From contig CAZGGW010000001.1 of assembly GCA_964525365.1 (NCBI GenBank), forward strand, positions 1-56,207: a stretch of DNA of 56,207 nt. Direction: 5' to 3'. Each line of letters opens with the position of its first letter. Positions within the stretch are counted from its first letter, which is position 1. The notes beneath the pieces are model-generated. The model ran no database searches and had not been told where the DNA came from. It saw nothing but the letters and a program-made list of their open reading frames with translations. The stretch comes from an uncultured Muribaculaceae bacterium (GTDB taxonomy: Bacteria > Bacillota_I > Bacilli_A > RF39 > UBA660). Below are positions 1 through 7,803 of the stretch, one piece after another. Made by a program: the position numbers and the translations under genes.

Positions 1-183
1 GATCAATTATGGGAAACAACGATGGATCCAGTAAATAGACATATTATAAAAGTTACTATAAATGATGCTCTTCTTGCAGAAAAAAGGGTATCAGTTCTTA
101 TGGGAGAAGATGTTGAAGTGAGAAAAGAGTGGATTGAAGAAAATGTTGAATTCTCGCTTGAAGACAATTTTAAGAGGGTATAA
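1..183 (+). CDS. parE: Topoisomerase IV subunit B (ParE/GyrB family), 3' end only; the gene starts upstream of the window
   Basis: Frame 1 is open from base 1 to TAA 181-183. It translates to DQLWETTMDPVNRHIIKVTINDALLAEKRVSVLMGEDVEVRKEWIEENV, the conserved C-terminal tail of type IIA topoisomerase B subunits. Its stop overlaps the parC ATG (TAATG). It is absent from the ORF track because it has no start in the window. Confidence 0.8.
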   Translation, partial: DQLWETTMDPVNRHIIKVTINDALLAEKRVSVLMGEDVEVRKEWIEENVEFSLEDNFKRV

Positions 184-2699
184 TGAAGAAAAAAGAGACA
201 CAAATTATAGAAAAAATATTTGATTATTCACTTGAAGAAATAATGGGAGATAGATTTGGACGATATTCAAAATATATTATTCAAGACAGAGCACTTCCAG
301 ATGTAAGAGATGGACTAAAGCCTGTTCAAAGAAGAATACTTTATTCCATGTATAAAGATAAAAACACCTATGACAGACCAACTAGAAAATCTGCTAAAAG
401 CGTTGGAAACGTAATGGGGCAATATCATCCACATGGGGATTCAAGTATCTATGAAGCAATGGTTCGTATGAGTCAAAAATGGAAGCAAAGAGAAGTACTA
501 ATTGAAATGCAGGGAAATAATGGTTCCATTGATGGAGATGGACCAGCTGCGATGCGTTATACTGAGGCTCGTCTTGCTAAAATAAGTAATATTCTTCTTA
601 AAGATATAGAAAAAGATTGTGTTTTATTTGTGCCAACATTTGATGATGAAAGTTTTGAACCAACTGTTTTACCGGCACATTTTCCAAATTTACTTGTTAA
701 TGGTGCGACTGGTATAAGCGCAGGTTACGCTACAAATATTCCACCACATAATTTAGGAGAAATAATAGATGCAACGATTAAAAGAATCGATAGTCCAGAT
801 TGTAGACTTGATACTATTTTAAATATAGTAAAAGGTCCGGATTTTCCTACTGGAGGAATAATTGAAGGAACAGATGGTATAAAAAAAGCATATCAAACTG
901 GTAAAGGAAAAATAATAGTAAGTAGTAAATATGAATTTATTGATAATAAAAGCACTCCACAAATAATTATTACTCAGATACCATATGATACATTAAAATG
1001 TAACATTATTAAAAAAATAGAAGAAATTAGATTAGATAAAAAAATAGATGGTATAGTTGAAGTTAGAGATGAGTCAGATAAAAATGATGATCTTAGAATA
1101 GCAATTGATTTAAAAAAAGATGCTAAGAAAGACTTAATAGTAAAATATTTGCTTAAGAATACAGATATGCAAGTAAATTATAATTTTAACGTGGTTGCGA
1201 TTGTAAATAGAAGACCTAGAATACTGGGAATTCTTGAAATATTAGATGCATTCATAGCGCATCAAAAAGAAGTAATAACTAAAAGAAGTGAGTTTGATTT
1301 ATCTCATGCTGAAGCAAGACTTCATATTGTAGAAGGTTTTATAAAAGCACTCGATATATTAGATAAAATAATTAAAACAATTAGAAAAAGTAAGAATAAA
1401 CAAGACGCAATTGAAAATTTAATAACTGAATATGATTTTACTAGGTTACAAAGTGAAGCAATAGTAAATATGCAATTGTATAAACTTACGAATACAGATG
1501 TAACACTTTTGAAAGATGAAGCCCAAAGACTTAATTTAATAATAAAAGAATTAAAAGAAATTCTAGGAAGTCCTGAAAAATTAATGACGGTTATGAAAAA
1601 TGAACTTAAGTTAATAAAAAAAGAATATGCTACACCTAGAATTACACAAATAATAGAAGAAGTGACAGATTTACAAATTGATGAACTCGAAATGGTAACT
1701 AAAGAAGATTACGTTGTATGTGTTTCGGCAAGTGGCTATATCAAAAAAGTATCCATTAAAAGTTTTGAGACTTCTAATAAAGAATTAACTGGATTAAAAG
1801 ATAAAGATTATGTAGAAGGATTCTACAAGATAAATAATTTAGATACTATTTTGTTATTTACTAATAAAGGAAATTATATATATATGCCTGTAAGAGAAAT
1901 ACCTGAATATAAATATAAAGATATAGGAATACATATTAGTAATAAATGCAAAATAAGTGAAGAAGAAAGAATAGTAAAAAGTATTGGCGTTACTGATTTT
2001 AATGATGAGTACGTAACTATATTCACAAAAAATGGAATGATAAAAAGAATATTACTAAAAAGTTTTGAAGTTAGTAGATTTTCAAAGGCAATTACTATGT
2101 TTAAATTAAAAGAAAATGATGAAGTAGTTAGTGTTAGTGTAATAAACAGTGATGAACTTGCAATAATTAGTAAAAATGGATATATATTAAAATATAAAAC
2201 TCAAGAAGTTCCAATACTTGGACTCAGAACCAGTGGAGTTAAGTCTATGAAACTTGTAGAAGATGAAATAATAAATGGTTTTGTAATAAATAGTTTGCAT
2301 GAACATATTACTTTGTTTACTGATAAGAGTACTGCAAAAAGAATAAAAGTAAATGAGATTCCGCTTTTTTCAAGAGCAAAGAAAGGATTTTTGATTGCAA
2401 AAAGTCCTAAATCTAAAAAATATAATTTAATAGGAGCTTTTAATAGTGGTAGTAAATCTATCTTTGGACTTATTACTGATGCGATAGGATTTATAAAAAG
2501 TGCAGATATTCCAATTATGGATATGCATAGTGTAGGAAGCAGTATTACTAAGAAGCAAGTGGAAGATGTATTTATTAATAAAAAATTAAAAATTATGACA
2601 AAAAAGTCAGATGAGAATCTTAATAATGAAGATTTATCTAAAGAAAAAGAACCTCAAATATTAACTATGAGTGATTTCTTTGAAGAGTTTAAATTATAG
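183..2699 (+). CDS. parC: DNA topoisomerase IV subunit A
   Basis: 838-aa ORF. The N-terminus GDRFGRYSKYIIQDRALPDVRDGLKPVQRRILYSM is the ParC-type rather than the GyrA-type signature. AAMRYTEARL is the active-site Tyr region. The gene is translationally coupled to the upstream B-subunit gene. Confidence 0.9.
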   Translation: MKKKETQIIEKIFDYSLEEIMGDRFGRYSKYIIQDRALPDVRDGLKPVQRRILYSMYKDKNTYDRPTRKSAKSVGNVMGQYHPHGDSSIYEAMVRMSQKWKQREVLIEMQGNNGSIDGDGPAAMRYTEARLAKISNILLKDIEKDCVLFVPTFDDESFEPTVLPAHFPNLLVNGATGISAGYATNIPPHNLGEIIDATIKRIDSPDCRLDTILNIVKGPDFPTGGIIEGTDGIKKAYQTGKGKIIVSSKYEFIDNKSTPQIIITQIPYDTLKCNIIKKIEEIRLDKKIDGIVEVRDESDKNDDLRIAIDLKKDAKKDLIVKYLLKNTDMQVNYNFNVVAIVNRRPRILGILEILDAFIAHQKEVITKRSEFDLSHAEARLHIVEGFIKALDILDKIIKTIRKSKNKQDAIENLITEYDFTRLQSEAIVNMQLYKLTNTDVTLLKDEAQRLNLIIKELKEILGSPEKLMTVMKNELKLIKKEYATPRITQIIEEVTDLQIDELEMVTKEDYVVCVSASGYIKKVSIKSFETSNKELTGLKDKDYVEGFYKINNLDTILLFTNKGNYIYMPVREIPEYKYKDIGIHISNKCKISEEERIVKSIGVTDFNDEYVTIFTKNGMIKRILLKSFEVSRFSKAITMFKLKENDEVVSVSVINSDELAIISKNGYILKYKTQEVPILGLRTSGVKSMKLVEDEIINGFVINSLHEHITLFTDKSTAKRIKVNEIPLFSRAKKGFLIAKSPKSKKYNLIGAFNSGSKSIFGLITDAIGFIKSADIPIMDMHSVGSSITKKQVEDVFINKKLKIMTKKSDENLNNEDLSKEKEPQILTMSDFFEEFKL

Positions 2700-2732
2700 T
2701 AAAAATATTATTTAAGCATATAATATACTAGG

Positions 2733-3089
2733 GTGAAGCAGATGAAAGAAAAGTTTAAAGAATTTGTAAGGCTAAATCCCAGTTTTTCTTCATACGTAAA
2801 TAGTGGTAAAACCACATGGCAAAAATTATATGAATTATATGATATGTATGGAGAATCTAGTACAATATGGGATGAATTTAGAAAAGCCGAAGAAGTAAAA
2901 CAAAGTGGATTTAATTTAGGAAATATAGTAAATAGTATAAAAGGAATAAATTTAGATGCTTTGGGAGAAAACCTAAACAACATACAAAAAGCAGTTGGAT
3001 TTTTAGCTGATTTGACTGAGCCTAGCAAGAAAAAGGAAGAAGAAAAGAAAAAGGAAGAATCTAAGTTTGATTCATTTTATAACGACTAA
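2733..3089 (+). CDS. YlbD-like small protein (hypothetical, K/E-rich tail)
   Basis: 118-aa ORF. KEFVRLNPSFSSYVNSGKTTWQKLYELYDMYGE resembles Bacillus YlbD as I recall it (not searched). The start is GTG 2733 or ATG 2742. It sits next to a YlbE-like gene, as in Bacillus. Confidence 0.45.
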   Translation: MKQMKEKFKEFVRLNPSFSSYVNSGKTTWQKLYELYDMYGESSTIWDEFRKAEEVKQSGFNLGNIVNSIKGINLDALGENLNNIQKAVGFLADLTEPSKKKEEEKKKEESKFDSFYND

Positions 3090-3313
3090 TGAGTATTGAA
3101 TTATTAAATAAGTTAAATGAAAATCCCCTTTATAAAAAATATATTAGGCACAATTCAAATTGGTATAAAATACTAAATAGAAATCCAAATGAATTTGATA
3201 ATATGGTTAAACAGATGAAAATAGATTATAAAATGCGTACTATAGATAAATTCGATAATATTGTTGATAGTATTGATTTGATAAATAAATTTTTAAAAGT
3301 AACTAACGAGTAA
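3089..3313 (+). CDS. YlbE-like small protein
   Basis: 74-aa ORF whose ATG overlaps the previous stop (TAATG, 3087-3091). NPLYKKYIRHNSNWYKILNRNPNEFD resembles the YlbE-like family (from memory). Confidence 0.45.
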   Translation: MSIELLNKLNENPLYKKYIRHNSNWYKILNRNPNEFDNMVKQMKIDYKMRTIDKFDNIVDSIDLINKFLKVTNE

Positions 3314-3340
3314 GAAATTTTACATTTAAAAAATATATAC

Positions 3341-3370
3341 TTGACTATATATTTTTTAAAATGTTATAAT
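3341..3370 (+). promoter_or_regulatory. Sigma-A-type promoter upstream of the prepilin gene
   Basis: TTGACT (3341-3346), an 18-nt spacer, then an extended -10 TGtTATAAT (3362-3370), about 35 nt upstream of ATG 3406, which is preceded by the RBS AAAGGAA. Confidence 0.5.
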
Positions 3371-3405
3371 TGAAATGTGATAAGATATAGAAAGGAATAG
3401 ATGTT

Positions 3406-3870
3406 ATGTTAAAAAATAAAAAAGGATTTACTTTGGTGGAATTGTTAGCAGTTATTGCAATACTTGCTATTATTATAGCATTTGCATTTCCGAAAATATT
3501 AGAACAATTTAACCAAGCTAAAACAGGAGCGTTTGTAACTCAAGCCCAAAGTATTTATAGAGGAGCAAGTGAAACATATATGACTGAGGAACTCACTGGA
3601 AATGGTGGAGGCACATATTATTATGATGGTACTGAAAGTAGCAGTACTCTTGCATTAGATGATTCAACTACTGTTAAATATTATATAGTTATGACTCCTG
3701 CTGGAATTGTTACAAGTTTCAAAATATATAATGAAAAATATGAAATTATTATTGAAGATAACGCTGGCGTTAAATTAAGTGACATTAAAGAATCTGAACT
3801 AAAATCAAATAATACAGGTGTAACATTTGTAAACCTTACTGTTGCAAAAATGGCCACAGATACGGATTAA
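3406..3870 (+). CDS. Type IV pilin / pseudopilin-like protein (prepilin-type N-terminal cleavage/methylation domain)
   Basis: The N-terminus MLKNKKGFTLVELLAVIAILAIIIAFAFP is the canonical prepilin leader: a Gly cleavage site, F at +1, E at +5 and a hydrophobic helix. The protein is 154 aa. Confidence 0.85.
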   Translation: MLKNKKGFTLVELLAVIAILAIIIAFAFPKILEQFNQAKTGAFVTQAQSIYRGASETYMTEELTGNGGGTYYYDGTESSSTLALDDSTTVKYYIVMTPAGIVTSFKIYNEKYEIIIEDNAGVKLSDIKESELKSNNTGVTFVNLTVAKMATDTD

Positions 3871-3890
3871 TATTGTTATTGTAAGATTAA

Positions 3891-3917
3891 AAAGCAATTT
3901 TTTGAAATTGCTTTTTT
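3891..3917 (+). terminator. Rho-independent terminator after the prepilin gene
   Basis: Perfect 10-bp stem AAAGCAATTT / AAATTGCTTT with loop TTTG, followed by a T-run. Confidence 0.8.
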
Positions 3918-3952
3918 ATTTTGTTTTTAGTACAATAAAGTGGGTGATTAAA

Positions 3953-4810
3953 ATGGATTTAATAATTGGGTCACATGTGTCTTGCACAAGTCTGGAAGGA
4001 TTATATGGTTCTGCTAAAGAAGCAGTGTCTTATGGTGCCAATACTTTTATGATATACACTGGTCCTAATCAAAGTAGTAGTAGAGTTCCTATAAATAAGC
4101 AATTTGTTTTAAAAGCTCATTTATATATGAAGGAAAATAATATAGATATAAATAATGTTATAGTACATGCACCCTTTATAATTAACTTAGCAAATAATAA
4201 AGATGAAAGAAAATATAATTTTTATATTAGTTTTTTAAAGGAAGAAATTAATAGATGTCAACAACTTGGAATCAATAAATTAGTATTACATCCTGGAAGT
4301 GCAACAGATATAGATAGAAAGGTTGCTCTTGATAATGTGGTGTTTGGTATTAATAAAGCTCTTGAAAATGTTGATGATTTCTATTTATGTATAGAATATA
4401 TGTCCGGAAAGGGTAGTGAATTATGTTCCAATATTGAAGAGTTATCTTATATAATTAAAAACACCAGTGTGTATGTATGCTTAGATACTTGCCATATGAA
4501 TGACTCTGGTATTAATCTCAATAAATTCGATTTATTTATGGAAGAATTTGAATCGAAAATTGGAATAGAAAAAATTAAATGCATTCACATAAATGATAGT
4601 AAAAATGAAATTAGATCTCATAAAGATAGACACGAAAACATAGGATATGGCACTATTGGATTTGATAATTTAATTAATATTATATATTACCCTGCATTTA
4701 GAAATATTCCTAAAATATTAGAAACTCCATACATTGGTGAAATGGCTCCGTACAAAGAAGAAATAACTATGATAAGAAATAAAAATTTTTCCTCTTTACT
4801 TAATAAATGA
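3953..4810 (+). CDS. nfo: Endonuclease IV (AP endonuclease, Nfo)
   Basis: Motifs VHAPFIINLAN, LVLHPGS, CLDTCH and ILETP. The track ORF starts at 3842, but that start overlaps the pilin gene and its terminator. ATG 3953 (MDLIIGSHVS) matches the normal Nfo N-terminus. Confidence 0.9.
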   Translation: MDLIIGSHVSCTSLEGLYGSAKEAVSYGANTFMIYTGPNQSSSRVPINKQFVLKAHLYMKENNIDINNVIVHAPFIINLANNKDERKYNFYISFLKEEINRCQQLGINKLVLHPGSATDIDRKVALDNVVFGINKALENVDDFYLCIEYMSGKGSELCSNIEELSYIIKNTSVYVCLDTCHMNDSGINLNKFDLFMEEFESKIGIEKIKCIHINDSKNEIRSHKDRHENIGYGTIGFDNLINIIYYPAFRNIPKILETPYIGEMAPYKEEITMIRNKNFSSLLNK

Positions 4811-5050
4811 TTTATACTTTTCGTATTTTTCAATAATTTTATTATATAAATTCTCATTTAATGAAGATTTATAATTAAGTATATATTCATAAAAATCACA
4901 TTCTAATATAATATCTATATCTTTTTTTATTAAATTGTATATTAATAGTATTTCGCTTTTAGTAGCGCAAACGCATTCTTTATTTAAATATTTTACTATA
5001 TCATCCTCCGTTAGATTAGAAGCAAATTGTTTTATTAAATTTTTATTCAT
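4796..5050 (-). CDS. Small DUF2624/YqfT-like protein (hypothetical)
   Basis: 84-aa ORF convergent with nfo, with a 15-nt 3' overlap. MNKNLIKQFASNLTEDDIVKYLNK...ILLIYNLIKK resembles B. subtilis YqfT, which neighbours nfo (yqfS) there (from memory). Confidence 0.45.
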   Translation of the reverse strand: MNKNLIKQFASNLTEDDIVKYLNKECVCATKSEILLIYNLIKKDIDIILECDFYEYILNYKSSLNENLYNKIIEKYEKYKSFIK

Positions 5051-5118
5051 AATTTTCCTTTCAATAATTTTATGTTTTAATATATTTTATATTCTTAAGA
5101 AAAAAAATCGTTTATTTG

Positions 5119-5147
5119 TTGCTTTCTAAAAATTCATTTGATATAAT
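5119..5147 (+). promoter_or_regulatory. Sigma-A-type promoter of the four-gene operon
   Basis: TTGCTT (5119-5124), a 17-nt spacer, then an extended -10 TGaTATAAT (5139-5147), 30 nt upstream of ATG 5177, which is preceded by the RBS AAGGGAAG. Confidence 0.55.
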
Positions 5148-5176
5148 TTAATAAGAATAAGATAAGGGAAGATAGT

Positions 5177-6280
5177 ATGAATGATAAGCTAACAAGTAAA
5201 TATTTTAAATATAAAGAAAAAAATTACAATAGTTTTATTAGTACAATTACAAGAATGCTTAAAGTAAAACCTTGTGAATTGTGGGAAAATAAGACTTCCT
5301 TTTCTATAACTATTAAGCCTATCGTTGAAGTGTATGTGGAAAGTTATTTATATGGAGCCGAGAAAGACTACAATAAAATAAACAAATATTTCAATTTGAG
5401 TATTCAAAATAATAGAATTATTAATAATATTTTGCTTTGTATTATTAATTATTTTGAAAATAATAATAAAATCGATTCAATTAATGGTAACAAAGATAAT
5501 ATTTTGTATGCTACGATAGTAATATATTTAGCAAATTCATTTGATAAATTAATAAAACCATACGAGAAATTTGATTACAATAATACTTTGAATAAAGTGA
5601 TTGAGATCTTTAAAAATATTAATATATTAATGATTTATGAAACAAAAAGAAAAGATGTAGAAAAAATCGTTTCAATTATAGAATTAAATTGTGAGAAAGA
5701 AAAACGATTTTTGAATTCATTGGAATGTAATATTTCTTATAATAAATATAGAAGCATTACCTCTGGAAACGCTATTTTTTATGTAAAATATATATATATT
5801 TTAAAAGAAATTGAAAAATATAAAGCAGAGGATGTAAAATATGTCTTTAAGAATTTACATCTCGAAGATGAGTTATTCATGAATTGTTATGAATTATTAA
5901 ACATTACGTTGTTAAAACAAACTGTAAGAGGGCTTTCATATCAATATGTGATTCCAATTACAAGTTCAATATATAATAAAAATTCAAATATGAAGAAAAT
6001 AAACAAAATATTTTGTTTAGACTTTTATAAAAAATCTATTATGTTTATAATAAATTATAAAGATTATATTGAAAATAGGAAACAGGTCGAAAATTTAGAG
6101 AACGATTATAAAATAATTATTAACTTAGAAAATGAGAATGAAATAGATCCAATTCTTTTAAAAGATAAATTGGTGTTTGGCGAGAAAGAGTTGTTAGAAA
6201 GATATAAATTAGAAAACACAATAGAGAAAAAAATGGGAATGTTATTAACAGAAAATGAGCTGTTAAATATAGGAGGATAA
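5177..6280 (+). CDS. Hypothetical 367-aa cytoplasmic protein, first gene of the McrB-like operon (gene A)
   Basis: Long uninterrupted ORF with an RBS. No TM segment and no motif I can assign. Its 3' end carries the GGAGG RBS for the next gene, whose ATG lies one spacer nucleotide after its stop codon. Confidence 0.7.
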   Translation: MNDKLTSKYFKYKEKNYNSFISTITRMLKVKPCELWENKTSFSITIKPIVEVYVESYLYGAEKDYNKINKYFNLSIQNNRIINNILLCIINYFENNNKIDSINGNKDNILYATIVIYLANSFDKLIKPYEKFDYNNTLNKVIEIFKNINILMIYETKRKDVEKIVSIIELNCEKEKRFLNSLECNISYNKYRSITSGNAIFYVKYIYILKEIEKYKAEDVKYVFKNLHLEDELFMNCYELLNITLLKQTVRGLSYQYVIPITSSIYNKNSNMKKINKIFCLDFYKKSIMFIINYKDYIENRKQVENLENDYKIIINLENENEIDPILLKDKLVFGEKELLERYKLENTIEKKMGMLLTENELLNIGG

Positions 6281-6281
6281 A

Positions 6282-7790
6282 ATGAGTATATATGGAGAAT
6301 TTTTTATAGATTTTATGAAACCTTTCTTTCAAGGATTCCTATCAATTTTTGAAGCATTATTTAAAGGATTGTTTGAAATGTTTAATATTCTTGGCTATGT
6401 TGATATAGTAAAAGAATATTATTCTCAAATGGGTGGCTCCGGTACGATAATAGTAATACTTTCATCAATCTGTTTAATAATTATTTTTGGTGTAATAATA
6501 CTTTTAATAGTACTTGGTATAAAAAGATTAGTAAAATATAGAAAAAATCTAACCAAGCAAGAAGCATTGGTTGATGAGATTGAAGATTTGAATGCTGACG
6601 TGTATAGACTAAAGGCAGAAAATGAAAAGTTTATGAATATGGCAGATCCTGAAAATGGTGAAGTTGAATATGATGAAAACGGGAATGTTATTAATAAACT
6701 TAAAGAAGGAGAAAGTCGTTTCTTTAAACTTACTGAAGTGGATAAACAAATGGAAAGTTATGTTCCACGTGCTTTTAATGAAACAATTGGATTAAATGAA
6801 TTCTGTATAGCATTTAAAAATTATGCTGCATCCAAGTTAAAACTATACTATGATGATAAAATAATTCGTTTATTTATTTCTGCTTTTGCTTCAAATAGAT
6901 TAATTATTTTACAAGGTATCTCTGGTACAGGTAAAACTTCGTTGGCTTATGCGTTTGGTAATTTAATACAGAATGAAGCCGCAATAGCTTCTGTTCAACC
7001 ATCATGGAGAGATAGTACCGAATTATTTGGATATTTTAATGAATTCACTAAAAGATTTAATGAAACAGAAGTATTAAGTAATATGTATGAAGCTACTTAC
7101 AGAGAAGATATATTTATTACATTACTTGATGAAATGAATATATCACGTGTTGAATATTATTTTGCTGAAATGCTATCAATTTTAGAGCTTCCTAGTAGAG
7201 AAGAGTGGGTAATAGAACTTGTACCTAATAGTTGGGTGAATGATCCAAAGAAAATAATCGGTGGTAAGTTACAAATACCAGCAAACATGTGGTATATTGG
7301 TACTATAAATAACGATGATTCAACATTTATGGTAACTGATAAAGTATATGATCGTGCTATGCCAATTGAAATTAATACAAAAACGGAAAAATTTGATGCA
7401 CCAGAAACAGAAGGTATAAGTATAAAAGCAGAATATTTTGAATCGCTATTTAAAAAAGCTCAGCAAGAACATCCTTTAAGTTCAGAATTATTAGATAAAT
7501 TAAATAAAATGGATGAATATGTAATAGGACATTTCAGATTGGCTTTTGGTAACAGAATTGTTAAACAAATGAAAGATTTTATCCCAGTATATGTTGCATG
7601 TGGTGGGGATGAATTGGAAGCATTTGATTATGTAGTGGCACACAAAATATTACGTAAATTTGATCAATTAAATATGTCTTATGTAAGAAATGAAATAGAT
7701 CCGTTTATAAAATATTTAAATGAATTATTTGGTGAAAATAAAATGTTAGAATGTTTAGAAGTATTAGGTAATCTTAAAAAAATGATATAG
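6282..7790 (+). CDS. Membrane-anchored McrB-clade AAA+ GTPase (gene B)
   Basis: Walker A GISGTGKTS (nt 6915-6941), Walker B LLDEMNISRVEYYFAEMLSILE (nt about 7123-7188) and the McrB-family NxxD signature INNDDS (NNDD at nt 7308-7319). VQPSWRDSTELFGYF parallels the McrB segment between the Walker motifs. The N-terminus has an amphipathic stretch, one TM helix (aa 54-80) and a coiled-coil-like segment (aa about 90-120) where a DNA-reader domain would normally sit. Confidence 0.8.
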   Translation: MSIYGEFFIDFMKPFFQGFLSIFEALFKGLFEMFNILGYVDIVKEYYSQMGGSGTIIVILSSICLIIIFGVIILLIVLGIKRLVKYRKNLTKQEALVDEIEDLNADVYRLKAENEKFMNMADPENGEVEYDENGNVINKLKEGESRFFKLTEVDKQMESYVPRAFNETIGLNEFCIAFKNYAASKLKLYYDDKIIRLFISAFASNRLIILQGISGTGKTSLAYAFGNLIQNEAAIASVQPSWRDSTELFGYFNEFTKRFNETEVLSNMYEATYREDIFITLLDEMNISRVEYYFAEMLSILELPSREEWVIELVPNSWVNDPKKIIGGKLQIPANMWYIGTINNDDSTFMVTDKVYDRAMPIEINTKTEKFDAPETEGISIKAEYFESLFKKAQQEHPLSSELLDKLNKMDEYVIGHFRLAFGNRIVKQMKDFIPVYVACGGDELEAFDYVVAHKILRKFDQLNMSYVRNEIDPFIKYLNELFGENKMLECLEVLGNLKKMI

Positions 7791-7803
7791 AAAGGGAAAA
7801 TAT

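Noticed and set aside
3-203. 66-aa minus-strand ORF at the window start
   Set aside because: It is antisense to the clearly conserved ParE C-terminus and the parC start. It has no RBS and a low-complexity S/F/T-rich product typical of shadow ORFs in AT-rich coding DNA.
2708-3028. 106-aa minus-strand ORF
   Set aside because: It lies fully antisense to the YlbD-like gene in an otherwise strictly + oriented operon-like stretch. No RBS and a hydrophobic, low-complexity product.
3842-3952. Upstream extension of nfo (track start 3842)
   Set aside because: The extension overlaps the pilin 3' end and reads through a 10-bp-stem terminator. The conserved Nfo N-terminus begins at ATG 3953.
4935-5129. 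64-aa plus-strand ORF
   Set aside because: It is antisense to the YqfT-like gene and runs into the operon promoter. No RBS and a hydrophobic shadow-ORF composition.
6120-6332. 70-aa minus-strand ORF across the A/B gene junction
   Set aside because: It is antisense to two tightly coupled genes. No start context.
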